A stretch of DNA of 20,000 nt from an uncultured virus (IMG/VR IMGVR_UViG_3300037070_004147) (lineage: Duplodnaviria > Heunggongvirae > Uroviricota > Caudoviricetes). The stretch lies in IMG/VR virus record IMGVR_UViG_3300037070_004147, one strand, 5' to 3'. Under the pieces are notes generated by a model, which was not told the origin of the DNA, ran no database searches, and saw only the letters and a list, made by a program, of their open reading frames with translations. The translations under genes were made by a program, and so were the position numbers. Shown in pieces: positions 1 through 7,923 of this stretch. Position 1 is the first letter of the stretch. Each line of letters starts with the position of its first letter.

Positions 1-2
1 GG

Positions 3-689
3 GCCGTCTTCATCAACCACTCGAGCGACATGGCTCTGGTGGGCAACCACGTTGAGGGCTTCGCCACCCAGTTCCAGCTGTCCGACATTGATGGGCTGAC
101 GGTGCAGGGCAATGTCATGACCAACGCGTCTTGGGACGCGATGATCTCTGGCAACGTCCACCACGCTACCTATGCCGACAACGACATCACCCTTAATATT
201 CCTAAGGGTCGGCTGCACACGGACGGGATGCAGTTCTATGAAAATGGCGGAGCTTCTCTGAGCGACGTCAATATCGTTAACAACTACATCAACACTCAGG
301 GCCGTTCTCACGGCATCTACATGGGCAACAACTATGCCCATAATGGTGGCGGCGATGCCGCTTTCTTCCGGAACGTGGTGATCGACCATAACACCGTCAT
401 CACCACCAACTCGCTGGGTATCGCCGTTGGCGAGACTCACGGTCTTGACATCACCAACAACTCTGCCTCGGGCATCCGAGTCAGATATAATTCTACCGAT
501 GTCAACATCGCGGACAACTACGTCAATCACAAGACCATCGCTAGCGGCGATAATTGGGCGCCGCATTCTGGGCACTCGTCCAGCTGGAGCGAAACCGGTA
601 CGCACGTTCAATCTGGTTCGCTGCCGGACATGACGTACGATCCGGATCCGGCGGCCGACACGTTCCACTTCGACGCGCATATGATCTGA
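3..689 (+). CDS. Right-handed parallel beta-helix (pectate lyase-like) protein, 5'-truncated
   Basis: Frame open from base 3; N/D/G-rich repeats (LTVQGNVM, VNIVNNYI, VVIDHNTV, LDITNNS, VNIADNYV), HTDGMQFY motif; ends ADTFHFDAHMI. Confidence 0.75.
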   Translation, partial: AVFINHSSDMALVGNHVEGFATQFQLSDIDGLTVQGNVMTNASWDAMISGNVHHATYADNDITLNIPKGRLHTDGMQFYENGGASLSDVNIVNNYINTQGRSHGIYMGNNYAHNGGGDAAFFRNVVIDHNTVITTNSLGIAVGETHGLDITNNSASGIRVRYNSTDVNIADNYVNHKTIASGDNWAPHSGHSSSWSETGTHVQSGSLPDMTYDPDPAADTFHFDAHMI

Positions 690-703
690 TTATTATGTTA
701 AAT

Positions 704-724
704 GCTCTCGAGGAAACCGAGAGC
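704..724. terminator. Possible terminator hairpin between convergent CDS and tRNA
   Basis: GCTCTCG-aggaaac-CGAGAGC 7-bp stem with AT-rich sequence on its left; no clean U-tract. Confidence 0.35.
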
Positions 725-734
725 GCCTTCAAGC

Positions 735-809
735 TGGCTCGGGGAGGTGGATTCGAACCACCGACACACAGCTTCAAAGGCTGCCGTTCTTCCGCTGAAC
801 TACCCCCGA
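735..809 (-). tRNA. tRNA-Gln (anticodon UUG)
   Basis: Minus strand TCGGGGG-TA-GTTC-AGCGGAA-GAAC-G-GCAGC-CTTTGAA-GCTGT-GTGTC-GGTGG-TTCGAAT-CCACC-TCCCCGA-G-CCA: full cloverleaf, 75 nt, U1-A72, G73, encoded CCA. Confidence 0.95.
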
Positions 810-871
810 AAACTTATAGTCAATCCGTCCCTTTTGCCTTACCCTAGGTCACATATCTAAACGGGGGCAAG

Positions 872-1141
872 TTGATGAATGATCTGGAGCACATGACACC
901 ATTCTATGGTACTCGCGGTGAAGAGTACCAGCTTATGCAAGAGGAAGAGACTAAGCGACTCGAACAGAGAGATTACAAGCCAACACCGACTTTAGGCTTG
1001 GTGCTGTTTATCCTTCTTGCGACTCTGATTCTGTGGATATTTGGGGGAGAATCTCACAATTCAGATGCCCATGTTCCGCAAACACCCCAAACAGCGCCTT
1101 CTGCATTTCCTGCCTCTCCGGAGCTAACTCCGGATAAGTGA
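872..1141 (+). CDS. Putative single-pass membrane protein
   Basis: Hydrophobic segment LGLVLFILLATLILWIFGG and P/T-rich tail; overlaps opposite-strand ORF by 134 bp. Confidence 0.4.
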   Translation: MMNDLEHMTPFYGTRGEEYQLMQEEETKRLEQRDYKPTPTLGLVLFILLATLILWIFGGESHNSDAHVPQTPQTAPSAFPASPELTPDK

Positions 1142-1340
1142 TTACGGCCGCATCCACGCGAGCCAGGATCTCGTGGGCTACGCTCTCCGGCACGGCGATG
1201 TAGGCGGGGGCGTTAGGTTTTGGCCCGTCCCAGATCTTGTACGCTTTCCCTAGGGGACTCTGATCTTCCATGGCCCTAAGCACGTCCTCAATCTTATGTT
1301 GACGGATCCCGGACATTTGCACCATCGTTTTGAAACTCAT
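1008..1340 (-). CDS. Hypothetical protein (110 aa, MSFKTMVQ...)
   Basis: ATG at 1340 in ATGA overlap with upstream stop. Confidence 0.65.
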   Translation of the reverse strand: MSFKTMVQMSGIRQHKIEDVLRAMEDQSPLGKAYKIWDGPKPNAPAYIAVPESVAHEILARVDAAVITYPELAPERQEMQKALFGVFAEHGHLNCEILPQISTESESQEG

Positions 1341-1762
1341 GCCGTAACGACTTCGGCCTTCGCTATCTTCTCCGCCTCCAAGTGCGCAAGGTGCCACATC
1401 ACATGCCCGTCGCGCATGAAGTTGTGGAGGCAGATGGCGGCCACCTTAGGGGAGACTTTTGAGCCACCGCCATGGAAGAACAACTTGTTAGCCTCGACAC
1501 GCGGCAACTCGGCTTTGTCGGCGATATCCTGCCACATGCGCATCTCGCTGACGTTATGGAACAACTCAAATTCCAGCTTGCCACCGAGGCAAGCGCTCGT
1601 GCCGCACCTGGGTGTATCCGACCGGCGCTTCTCGAGATCGGAGTGCCACAGCTTGTAATCGAAGGCGCACTTTTCGTCACCGCCGGCAACGAGCCAGTCG
1701 TAAACCTCGCACATGATCTGATAGTTCATGGGCGTCAGGCCCAGCGCATTGTCCAGCTTCAT
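1337..1762 (-). CDS. Phage hypothetical protein, CGTxACxGG family (paralog of 5007..5453)
   Basis: ATGA overlaps at both ends; CGTSACLGG and LFF motifs shared with 5007..5453. Confidence 0.8.
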   Translation of the reverse strand: MKLDNALGLTPMNYQIMCEVYDWLVAGGDEKCAFDYKLWHSDLEKRRSDTPRCGTSACLGGKLEFELFHNVSEMRMWQDIADKAELPRVEANKLFFHGGGSKVSPKVAAICLHNFMRDGHVMWHLAHLEAEKIAKAEVVTA

Positions 1763-2121
1763 TCTGCAATCTCGGCATCTTGAGCAGCTGCGGTCTTCTT
1801 GCTGCGCTTCTTTCGTGTCGCCTTGGCCGGAGCCTCAACCACCTCCGGCTCCGGATCAGAGGCACCCATCATGGCAACTCGCAGCTGCATGCGCTGGCGG
1901 TATTCGGTAATGACGGTTTCAGTCATGGACTGGATAAACGGCTCTAGCTCGTCCATCACGGCCTTGGCCTGCTGCTGGAATAGCAGCTTGCGTGCCGCAT
2001 TGAGGGCAACTGCCATAATGAAGTAGCATTTGACCGGGCTTCCCGCGCCCTTCGCGATAGCCGCCGCGAACACATGGTCGATGTCAGGCACAGAAGCCGT
2101 GACCTTGCTTTCAGTTTCCAA
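1759..2121 (-). CDS. Hypothetical protein with basic C-terminal tail
   Basis: AAGGAG RBS before TTG start; KATRKKRSKK tail. Confidence 0.7.
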   Translation of the reverse strand: METESKVTASVPDIDHVFAAAIAKGAGSPVKCYFIMAVALNAARKLLFQQQAKAVMDELEPFIQSMTETVITEYRQRMQLRVAMMGASDPEPEVVEAPAKATRKKRSKKTAAAQDAEIAE

Positions 2122-2308
2122 TGAGGATGCTCCTTAGGATTCTCTCTATCCAGTATTCCCAGATTAAGCCTAGCCCATATCCGACAAGGATCACCACGCC
2201 CACTAGCAGGAATAACTTGACGCACCGGGCCAGATATCGGCGATCGGGCGCGCGATAATCCAGCACATAGATCCTAGGCTTAGACTCCTTCGGCGGACGC
2301 CAACTCAT
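2111..2308 (-). CDS. Small single-pass membrane protein (65 aa)
   Basis: ATGA overlap at 2305-2308; TM LFLLVGVVILVGYGLGLIW. Confidence 0.65.
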   Translation of the reverse strand: MSWRPPKESKPRIYVLDYRAPDRRYLARCVKLFLLVGVVILVGYGLGLIWEYWIERILRSILIGN

Positions 2309-2499
2309 CGTCCCGGGCCCACTGCGCACGCCACAACTAGGCTATGAAGCCGCCTACCGTCAGGCGAGTCAAGGTCTGCGCTAATGATCTGAACGTGAGC
2401 ACGCTCGCAGTCCAGTGCGGTAGGATCTCCGGTCGGCTCCGGAATGCTGGGGGCGCAGGCCGCAGCCCATAGCGCGCTACCGAGTGCCATCCATCGCAT
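2305..2499 (-). CDS. Small putative lipoprotein (64 aa)
   Basis: MRWMALGSALWAAAC: short signal peptide with non-canonical lipobox, then Pro-rich linker and two further Cys. Confidence 0.5.
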   Translation of the reverse strand: MRWMALGSALWAAACAPSIPEPTGDPTALDCERAHVQIISADLDSPDGRRLHSLVVACAVGPGR

Positions 2500-2683
2500 A
2501 TCCGTAGCCTCTGTCGTTTCCCCTTGGGTGGTCGGGAGGCCGGATGCAGGAAGGAGCCAACCCACCACACCCAGCCTCCCTCCCGTCCTGCACCTTCTAC
2601 CTTCCTACCTTTGGGAGGAATATCGGAAGGGAGGCCGCAGACACCCTCAGCCGCACCCGCAGCGGCAACGGCTGAGGAACAAT

Positions 2684-3250
2684 TTAACTCCCGGAGACGA
2701 CGATTGTCCCCGGCTGATTTAGCAGGGCGCCGCCAGCGGGATCCACAAGCTGGACGTGCCCGTTCTTGACCGCCCAAGCCAAATCCGCAGCCGTGCCGCC
2801 GAACGCTCGGTAGTCCTCGTAAGACATCCTTCGCTCCGGAGTCGACCAGAGCAACTCCAGGGACTTGAAGCCGGGCACGCTGGCCAGATGCGGGTTCTTG
2901 TCCGTGACAGCAACCAGATACTTACCGGCAGCCAGGGCAGGGCGTCCGCGTCGCTTCATCACACGGACCACGCCCGGTTCGGAAGGGTCGGGGGGTTCGG
3001 TCGAAGTGATGGCCCCGATCTCGTCGTGCAGCATCTCCGCGGCACCCTCGAGATCGTGCATGAGGATCTGCTGCCAGACTTCAGCTGCACGCTCGCGACC
3101 GATCTTGCCGACTAACGCCAGATTGAACCGCCTCACGGCGCTAGGCAGATCCACGGCCTCGACGTCGGCACGCGTGCCGGTGATGTCTTCCGTCAGTTCC
3201 GCGACTTCCTCCTTGGAAAGCCGCATCGCGTCGAGGTCGAATTCAGACAT
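2684..3250 (-). CDS. Hypothetical protein, possible DNA-binding
   Basis: AAGGAG RBS; AT-hook-like KRRGRP followed by NP..MSYEDY..GG..DLAW..G domain seen in phage proteins. Confidence 0.75.
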   Translation of the reverse strand: MSEFDLDAMRLSKEEVAELTEDITGTRADVEAVDLPSAVRRFNLALVGKIGRERAAEVWQQILMHDLEGAAEMLHDEIGAITSTEPPDPSEPGVVRVMKRRGRPALAAGKYLVAVTDKNPHLASVPGFKSLELLWSTPERRMSYEDYRAFGGTAADLAWAVKNGHVQLVDPAGGALLNQPGTIVVSGS

Positions 3251-3296
3251 TTATGGCTCCTTGTCGATTCGGCAGATAATACAGCAGGTACCGGCC

Positions 3297-3512
3297 CTAG
3301 CGCAATAACCCTTCGCGTATCTTATCGTTCAGCCAAGCCACGAAAGCGTGAGGTCCAACAATCTCTTCAGGGACATCGATATCTAGATCGTCCAGGGCAA
3401 TGACGAAGTCGGCGGCCGCGTCATTGCCGCCATCAACGTAACCTACGTCATAGTCGGTATCCAGTGCGCGAGCCGGAGACGGTTGGTAGTTTTTGGCCTT
3501 GCCCTCCATCAC
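3297..3512 (-). CDS. Acidic hypothetical protein
   Basis: Start overlaps upstream stop (GTGATG); YDVGYVDG motif. Confidence 0.65.
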   Translation of the reverse strand: MMEGKAKNYQPSPARALDTDYDVGYVDGGNDAAADFVIALDDLDIDVPEEIVGPHAFVAWLNDKIREGLLR

Positions 3513-3778
3513 CGAAGCACCAGCATCGTGCAGAAGATACCCATACCCAGCATGGCCATGCCCATGCCGAACAGACAGAGGTCACGATTGAAGACCATGG
3601 CGCGGAGCATCAGATTCTCCGCACTCACCGTGTTGAATTTATCAACGAGGATTTCGCCCTGATGATCCATCTCGTTCATCTTGTCCAGGGCCATATTGTA
3701 TACTGCCTGGGCAACCTCGTTGTCCTCGAAGATTTCCGGCTCCGGCTCACGGGGGTAAAGCTGGTGAACGGTTCCCAT
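3509..3778 (-). CDS. Hypothetical protein with C-terminal TM helix
   Basis: AAGGAG RBS; LCLFGMGMAMLGMGIFCTMLVL. Confidence 0.7.
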   Translation of the reverse strand: MGTVHQLYPREPEPEIFEDNEVAQAVYNMALDKMNEMDHQGEILVDKFNTVSAENLMLRAMVFNRDLCLFGMGMAMLGMGIFCTMLVLR

Positions 3779-3952
3779 TTAAAGGCTCCTTCCTTGATTC
3801 TCGGAATTCAAGTCCTCTTCGCGAAGGTCCCACCAGCGTTCGTCGCCGGCCGGCTCCTGATCCTCTGGCTCGTGCTCGTCGACATATGAGCGGGCCGCCG
3901 CATCAAGAACAGCACGATACCAGCCATCGCAGACGCGCCCGCGATCGGTCAT
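3779..3952 (-). CDS. Small acidic protein (57 aa, MTDRGRVCDG...), below ORF-track cutoff
   Basis: ATGA overlap at 3949-3952; TAA abuts next ATG. Confidence 0.6.
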   Translation of the reverse strand: MTDRGRVCDGWYRAVLDAAARSYVDEHEPEDQEPAGDERWWDLREEDLNSENQGRSL

Positions 3953-4134
3953 TCTGCGTCCTCCTCAAGGTAGAACGGATCCAGCCGCTTGGCCACCCGC
4001 TGGAAAAGCCATTCGTCAACTGAGCCTTTGCGTGGCGGACGAGGACGGCCGATTTGCAGGTAGCTTAGGTTCGGGTCCGGCGACCGGGGATGCGTTTCAA
4101 CAAGGCCGCGGAGTAGGCGATTTAGGAATTTCAT
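3949..4134 (-). CDS. Hypothetical protein (61 aa, MKFLNRLL...)
   Basis: AAGGAGCCAAACG-ATG start. Confidence 0.65.
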   Translation of the reverse strand: MKFLNRLLRGLVETHPRSPDPNLSYLQIGRPRPPRKGSVDEWLFQRVAKRLDPFYLEEDAE

Positions 4135-4270
4135 CGTTTGGCTCCTTCTATGCGACTCATAATACGCCTCAATCCACGCGTGGCAAGGATTCTTTTGAGG
4201 TGATGCCGCGGTCGTGAGCCATGGGCGGAAGTCTGCGCGCAAAGTCACAGACAGCCGAATCCAAACTCGC

Positions 4271-4477
4271 CTAACGCTTACTCTTTGCCAACTTCTGTTG
4301 AAAATCCAACACAACAGCAGCGTGATCGGCTTTCTTTTCGCCGAGCAATTCACTGATCACTTCGCTAGCTAGAAGCAGACATTTGGCGTCTACATCTTGC
4401 GCTAGGCCTTTGCTGGTGTGCGTGCCGGTTGTCTTAAGCCATTCCGCTAACGCTTTCGCCAGGGCGCGGTCGGTCAT
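4271..4477 (-). CDS. Hypothetical protein (68 aa, MTDRALAK...)
   Basis: ATGA overlap at 4474-4477. Confidence 0.65.
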   Translation of the reverse strand: MTDRALAKALAEWLKTTGTHTSKGLAQDVDAKCLLLASEVISELLGEKKADHAAVVLDFQQKLAKSKR

Positions 4478-4770
4478 GCCGGCTCTCCGGGCGGGATGTA
4501 CACGAGCCCCTGACCCTCGGCGACGTAGCACCCGCTGCCGTCAGGATTCTTGGACACCAAAGTCCAGGCTCCGGACTTTCGGTTGGTGAAGATCTCCATC
4601 ATCGAACCGTAGGTCGAGTCCTGTCCGATCACGATCACGTCCTCGCCCAACTCTCCGCCCAGGAATTTAACGATCTGATCGTGCGGAGCGCATTGATTGT
4701 TTGCCGTCTGAGCGACACCACAGGTCGGAAGCGTAAGAGCGATAAGCAGCGTCGATAGTGATTTCATCAT
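4474..4770 (-). CDS. Secreted small protein with two mature-domain Cys, alphaproteobacterial-type family
   Basis: Signal peptide; CAPHD..L..GE..G..EIF..SGAWTLV..PDGSGC..G pattern recalled from Rhodobacterales/Rhizobiales hypotheticals. Confidence 0.75.
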   Translation of the reverse strand: MMKSLSTLLIALTLPTCGVAQTANNQCAPHDQIVKFLGGELGEDVIVIGQDSTYGSMMEIFTNRKSGAWTLVSKNPDGSGCYVAEGQGLVYIPPGEPA

Positions 4771-4894
4771 TTAGTCCCCCATTTCCGCACCGGGATGGGT
4801 GCGATGTCGGCTCAATCTCCCAGCCATAAGACTCAAGCTTACGCTTAATTCTCCGGTTGCACTCCCGTTCCTCGGCCGTCAATGGCCTAGCCAT
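4667..4894 (-). CDS. Hypothetical protein
   Basis: ATG directly after upstream TAA, but 104-bp overlap with downstream gene. Confidence 0.35.
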   Translation of the reverse strand: MARPLTAEERECNRRIKRKLESYGWEIEPTSHPSRCGNGGLNDEITIDAAYRSYASDLWCRSDGKQSMRSARSDR

Positions 4895-5026
4895 TTACGG
4901 AGCCCTCTTCCCCGCAAAGGCAATCAGCACCAGTCCGGTCAACCCGCCGCCGACGGCGAGCATCTTGCTCACCGCGACGACATGATCTGCTAGGTAGGCG
5001 AACAAGCTAGGCGTCGCCATGGTCAT
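4895..5026 (-). CDS. Small membrane protein (43 aa, MTMATPSLF...)
   Basis: TM MLAVGGGLTGLVLIAFAG; fills gap; TAA abuts next ATG. Confidence 0.5.
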   Translation of the reverse strand: MTMATPSLFAYLADHVVAVSKMLAVGGGLTGLVLIAFAGKRAP

Positions 5027-5453
5027 GCCTATCGCCCAGCCCGAGGAATTCACGGCACGTCTGAACGTCACCCATTGCTCGACGCCAGTTGACTTCGCCG
5101 GTCTCGAGCATGTGCCGGACGCATGAGGCTGCCTGCCCTGGCGTGGGGTTCTCCAAGAACCGATTGCCATCGAAGAAAAGCTGCTCTGCGGTCTCATAGG
5201 GGACGCCGATGATCTCCGGCAGCTTGGGATTGCTGAAGTGATCCGAACGCTCGCCACCGGTGTTGAGATCTAGCCACCCGCCGATGCAGGCAGCTGTGCC
5301 GCACTTCGAGGCCCACTTTGAGTAGTTAAACGAATACTGCCCGTCGTCTCCGCCGTCATCCAGCCAAGCCAGCAAGCGGCCCCAAAGATCCACCTGCGCT
5401 GGCGACATGTCGAACACGTTCCGCTGCGGGATTCCGAAATCGAACGGCATCAA
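5007..5453 (-). CDS. Phage hypothetical protein, CGTxACxGG family (paralog of 1337..1762)
   Basis: CGTAACIGGW, LFF, TPGQAA, TGEVNW motifs. Confidence 0.8.
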   Translation of the reverse strand: MMPFDFGIPQRNVFDMSPAQVDLWGRLLAWLDDGGDDGQYSFNYSKWASKCGTAACIGGWLDLNTGGERSDHFSNPKLPEIIGVPYETAEQLFFDGNRFLENPTPGQAASCVRHMLETGEVNWRRAMGDVQTCREFLGLGDRHDHGDA

Positions 5454-5722
5454 TTCTCTCCTTTGTTGAGTCCTAGTTCTTCCATTTCCTCGTCGCTGAG
5501 AGTGAACCAGATATCGCCATCACTGTCAGGGACGGGAGTGGCATTTGTTGCGTTCCTGGCCAACCACTCCGAATACGAGGAAGATATCCCGGCCTTCCTA
5601 ACCTTAACGATATTCTCTCTGATAAAGCCCTCAAGGTCGGCAACGCGAGTGGCAAGGCGTTCGTTCTCGTCCTCGAGCCTGCGGATGGCGGTGAATACGC
5701 TCAACACCTCTTCGTCGGTCAT
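5450..5722 (-). CDS. Hypothetical coiled-coil protein
   Basis: ATGA start overlap; IRRLEDENERLATRVADLE. Confidence 0.7.
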   Translation of the reverse strand: MTDEEVLSVFTAIRRLEDENERLATRVADLEGFIRENIVKVRKAGISSSYSEWLARNATNATPVPDSDGDIWFTLSDEEMEELGLNKGEN

Positions 5723-5928
5723 GGCTTCAGGCTCCTTAAGGCCGCCGCAATTACGGATGGCTTCACCCTAGGCTCAATCATCGCCTCATGAGGATTGGGC
5801 GGGGTCCATTCTCCGACTATGTTAAAGTACCCTACCGCTCCGATCACCTGCTTTTTGGGCGGCCACATCGTTTCGATGTAGCGAGCAAACACCTCTCCGA
5901 AGGTCGCGAGGGCTTCGTCGTCGGTCAT
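5719..5928 (-). CDS. Hypothetical protein (69 aa, MTDDEALATF...)
   Basis: ATGA overlaps at both ends. Confidence 0.65.
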   Translation of the reverse strand: MTDDEALATFGEVFARYIETMWPPKKQVIGAVGYFNIVGEWTPPNPHEAMIEPRVKPSVIAAALRSLKP

Positions 5929-6278
5929 TCGCTCAGCCTCTGCTGCGCGGCCGTGAAGATCTCCCTGAGGTGCGGCTCCTTGGCCACCATCTCTCGTCGC
6001 TGCTGGCGATTCTTGCCCTGCATCTTCATAAGGAAGTATGGCCGACAATCGAACAGACGGCAAAGGAACGGGCGTATGGCATAGATGGTGCAGCCTCCCG
6101 GCCCGAGGTACCGGCACTCTCGTCGGCCGTCCTCCCGCGCCGCCATCATGATCTTACCGCCGACCACCTCCGTTTTATAGAGAGAAATGTCGTCGCCCTG
6201 GTCGGGCAGCAGCAAGATCTGCTCCTGCTTGCAGCAAGCGCGGCAGCCGTTGCATTTGAGCGGCGGAAGGTCGATCAC
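5925..6278 (-). CDS. YkgJ-family cysteine cluster (CxxCxxCC) protein
   Basis: CNGCRACC...CRYL...CTIYAIRPFLCRLFDC matches the CxxCxxCC / CxxL / CxIYxxRPxxC pattern. Confidence 0.88.
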   Translation of the reverse strand: MIDLPPLKCNGCRACCKQEQILLLPDQGDDISLYKTEVVGGKIMMAAREDGRRECRYLGPGGCTIYAIRPFLCRLFDCRPYFLMKMQGKNRQQRREMVAKEPHLREIFTAAQQRLSE

Positions 6279-6679
6279 GGCACACCATCCGCTGTCACCG
6301 CCTGGATGAATTCGTCAAAAGTCCGGCGACGCAATCCCTTCCAGTCTCGCCATTCGTTGTACACATCGAAGGCCGACTTATCCCAAGTCTCTATCTTCCT
6401 GGCCTCCCTGGATATCCTCGACACCTCTCCATCGCTCAAGTCGTCTATGGTCTTGGCCATGCGATCAATCTTAGCTTTCAGCGTGTCTATCTCATCGTGC
6501 AGACGCAGGCACTCCATGGCAAGAGACTCGTCCCTGACTGCCGCCTTGGCCGCGTCCGACAGCTGATAGGCTGGCACCCCCCACTGCACGGCAGAGCATC
6601 CTGTGCAGCCAAGGATGTGCTCCATCCCCTTAGTGGGATAGCGTACGCTGAAGTCGTGGAAGTGCTCTTCACTCGCCAC
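6275..6679 (-). CDS. Hypothetical protein with H..CxxC motif and coiled coil
   Basis: HFHDF..CTGC; LHDEIDTLKAKIDRM; GTGA overlap at end. Confidence 0.7.
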   Translation of the reverse strand: MASEEHFHDFSVRYPTKGMEHILGCTGCSAVQWGVPAYQLSDAAKAAVRDESLAMECLRLHDEIDTLKAKIDRMAKTIDDLSDGEVSRISREARKIETWDKSAFDVYNEWRDWKGLRRRTFDEFIQAVTADGVP

Positions 6680-6947
6680 GCGGCGTCTCCCAGGTCACGA
6701 CGGCAGGGGCGGCGTACCAGCCTTCCTGCTTGCAGTCTTGGATTTCATCTCCGTTGTAGAACATCGCCTTGCCCCAGGCTTCGTACTCGTCCTTGGCCCT
6801 GCCGGCCCAAAACACCCCCCGCTCGTTCACGACCACCCAGATAGGGACGGTGGTTTGAACGGACGGCGTGCGGTCTCGTTGGTGCCAGTAGCGGTTGAAT
6901 TCGTTTAAGTTTGATTCGATTGAGCCAACATCAGGAGTCTCAGACAT
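6669..6947 (-). CDS. Hypothetical protein
   Basis: 92-aa ORF in packed array with purine-rich upstream sequence. Confidence 0.7.
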   Translation of the reverse strand: MSETPDVGSIESNLNEFNRYWHQRDRTPSVQTTVPIWVVVNERGVFWAGRAKDEYEAWGKAMFYNGDEIQDCKQEGWYAAPAVVTWETPRGE

Positions 6948-6961
6948 TCCCCGGTCTTCCT

Positions 6962-7036
6962 TTACGATTGCAGGTTAGACTTGAGGCCAAGGCAGCCCCA
7001 GAAAACAGCGAGAAACACGATAAATAGCAGCATCAT
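6962..7036 (-). CDS. 24-aa hydrophobic peptide MMLLFIVFLAVFWGCLGLKSNLQS
   Basis: ATGA overlap with peptidase stop; single TM. Confidence 0.5.
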   Translation of the reverse strand: MMLLFIVFLAVFWGCLGLKSNLQS

Positions 7037-7707
7037 AGCACCACCTTCTGTTCTACCGCGGCGCACGCTTCGCCGTCGCTTCTGATGAGTTTGTCCATGT
7101 CAGAATATGTCACCCACGCGCGACCGTTCTGGCCCCATCCGGGACCCCAACTTTGACGCATCCTGAAGGCACCCAGGGTGCCGTCCGGATTGTGTCGCAT
7201 GAGATTGACCCCGACCAGCAACCACGCATGGCCGCCCTCGACCGAACCCGTGGCCGTGATGTAGCCATCACTCGTCGGCGTGAACATATCCAGATACCAG
7301 TCGGTTCCCACCACCACGGGGCTCGTAGTCAGGATATGCTGCGCGACGGTGTCGGCATTAAGCGCCCACTGGTAGCCAGAGACATAGCCGCGCTCCTTGA
7401 GCACCTTAAAGCCGGCTCTGACACTCGTCCCTTCGTAGTCTTCGCCTTCCCACTCGTCTACGCGCTGGCAGGCATCGTAGAACTCCTTGAAGTCGATCGC
7501 CTTGTTGACGACCGGATGCGCCGTCAGAAACCCGATGCTCGAGTACGCGACGCACTGAGGCGTACGTCCTTGGTCCAGAACCGGTCCCGGCGTCATCCAC
7601 GACCGGAACGTCCGCGTCGTCTTTGGTGGCGCCATGAGGTGTCGGCGATCCCGAGGGTCGGGAGCGTGGAGCCGGCCGAGGCCGGCGAGGGAGTTTGTCG
7701 TAGTCAT
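7033..7707 (-). CDS. Papain-like (C1/clan CA) cysteine peptidase
   Basis: DQGRTPQC (oxyanion Gln, catalytic Cys), GGHAWLLVG (His), RQSWGPGWGQNG (usual xNSWG..WG..G); N-terminal PDPRD motif. Confidence 0.85.
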   Translation of the reverse strand: MTTTNSLAGLGRLHAPDPRDRRHLMAPPKTTRTFRSWMTPGPVLDQGRTPQCVAYSSIGFLTAHPVVNKAIDFKEFYDACQRVDEWEGEDYEGTSVRAGFKVLKERGYVSGYQWALNADTVAQHILTTSPVVVGTDWYLDMFTPTSDGYITATGSVEGGHAWLLVGVNLMRHNPDGTLGAFRMRQSWGPGWGQNGRAWVTYSDMDKLIRSDGEACAAVEQKVVL

Positions 7708-7892
7708 TGTGCTGGTCCCGGATTGGCGATCAGATCCATCATATCTTTAACGTCAGCTTCGCAGTCGGCAAATCCTGTGACTGTCTGGGCGCCGACGCTC
7801 GTGGAGATGACGACGACAAATGCCCACTTCCCGGAGGAAGTCTTGGTCCATCGTGCGGTTGAATTGAATGTTGGCCGGCAATGCATGATCAT
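7704..7892 (-). CDS. Hypothetical protein (62 aa)
   Basis: AAGGAGCCAAAGAG-ATG; ATGA overlap at end. Confidence 0.65.
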   Translation of the reverse strand: MIMHCRPTFNSTARWTKTSSGKWAFVVVISTSVGAQTVTGFADCEADVKDMMDLIANPGPAQ

Positions 7893-7923
7893 CTCTTTGG
7901 CTCCTTTTTAAGTTCCCGGTCAT

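Noticed and set aside
735..809. tRNA as prophage attachment site
   Set aside because: No integrase or duplicated 3' end in window; phage-like genes lie on the 5' side
2111..2499. Lipoprotein plus TM gene as spanin/lysis cassette
   Set aside because: Order and topology do not fit Rz/Rz1 and no endolysin is adjacent
5970..6566. 198-aa + strand ORF
   Set aside because: Antisense to the YkgJ gene and its neighbour
7153..7911. 252-aa + strand ORF
   Set aside because: Antisense to the motif-supported peptidase; Arg-rich shadow composition
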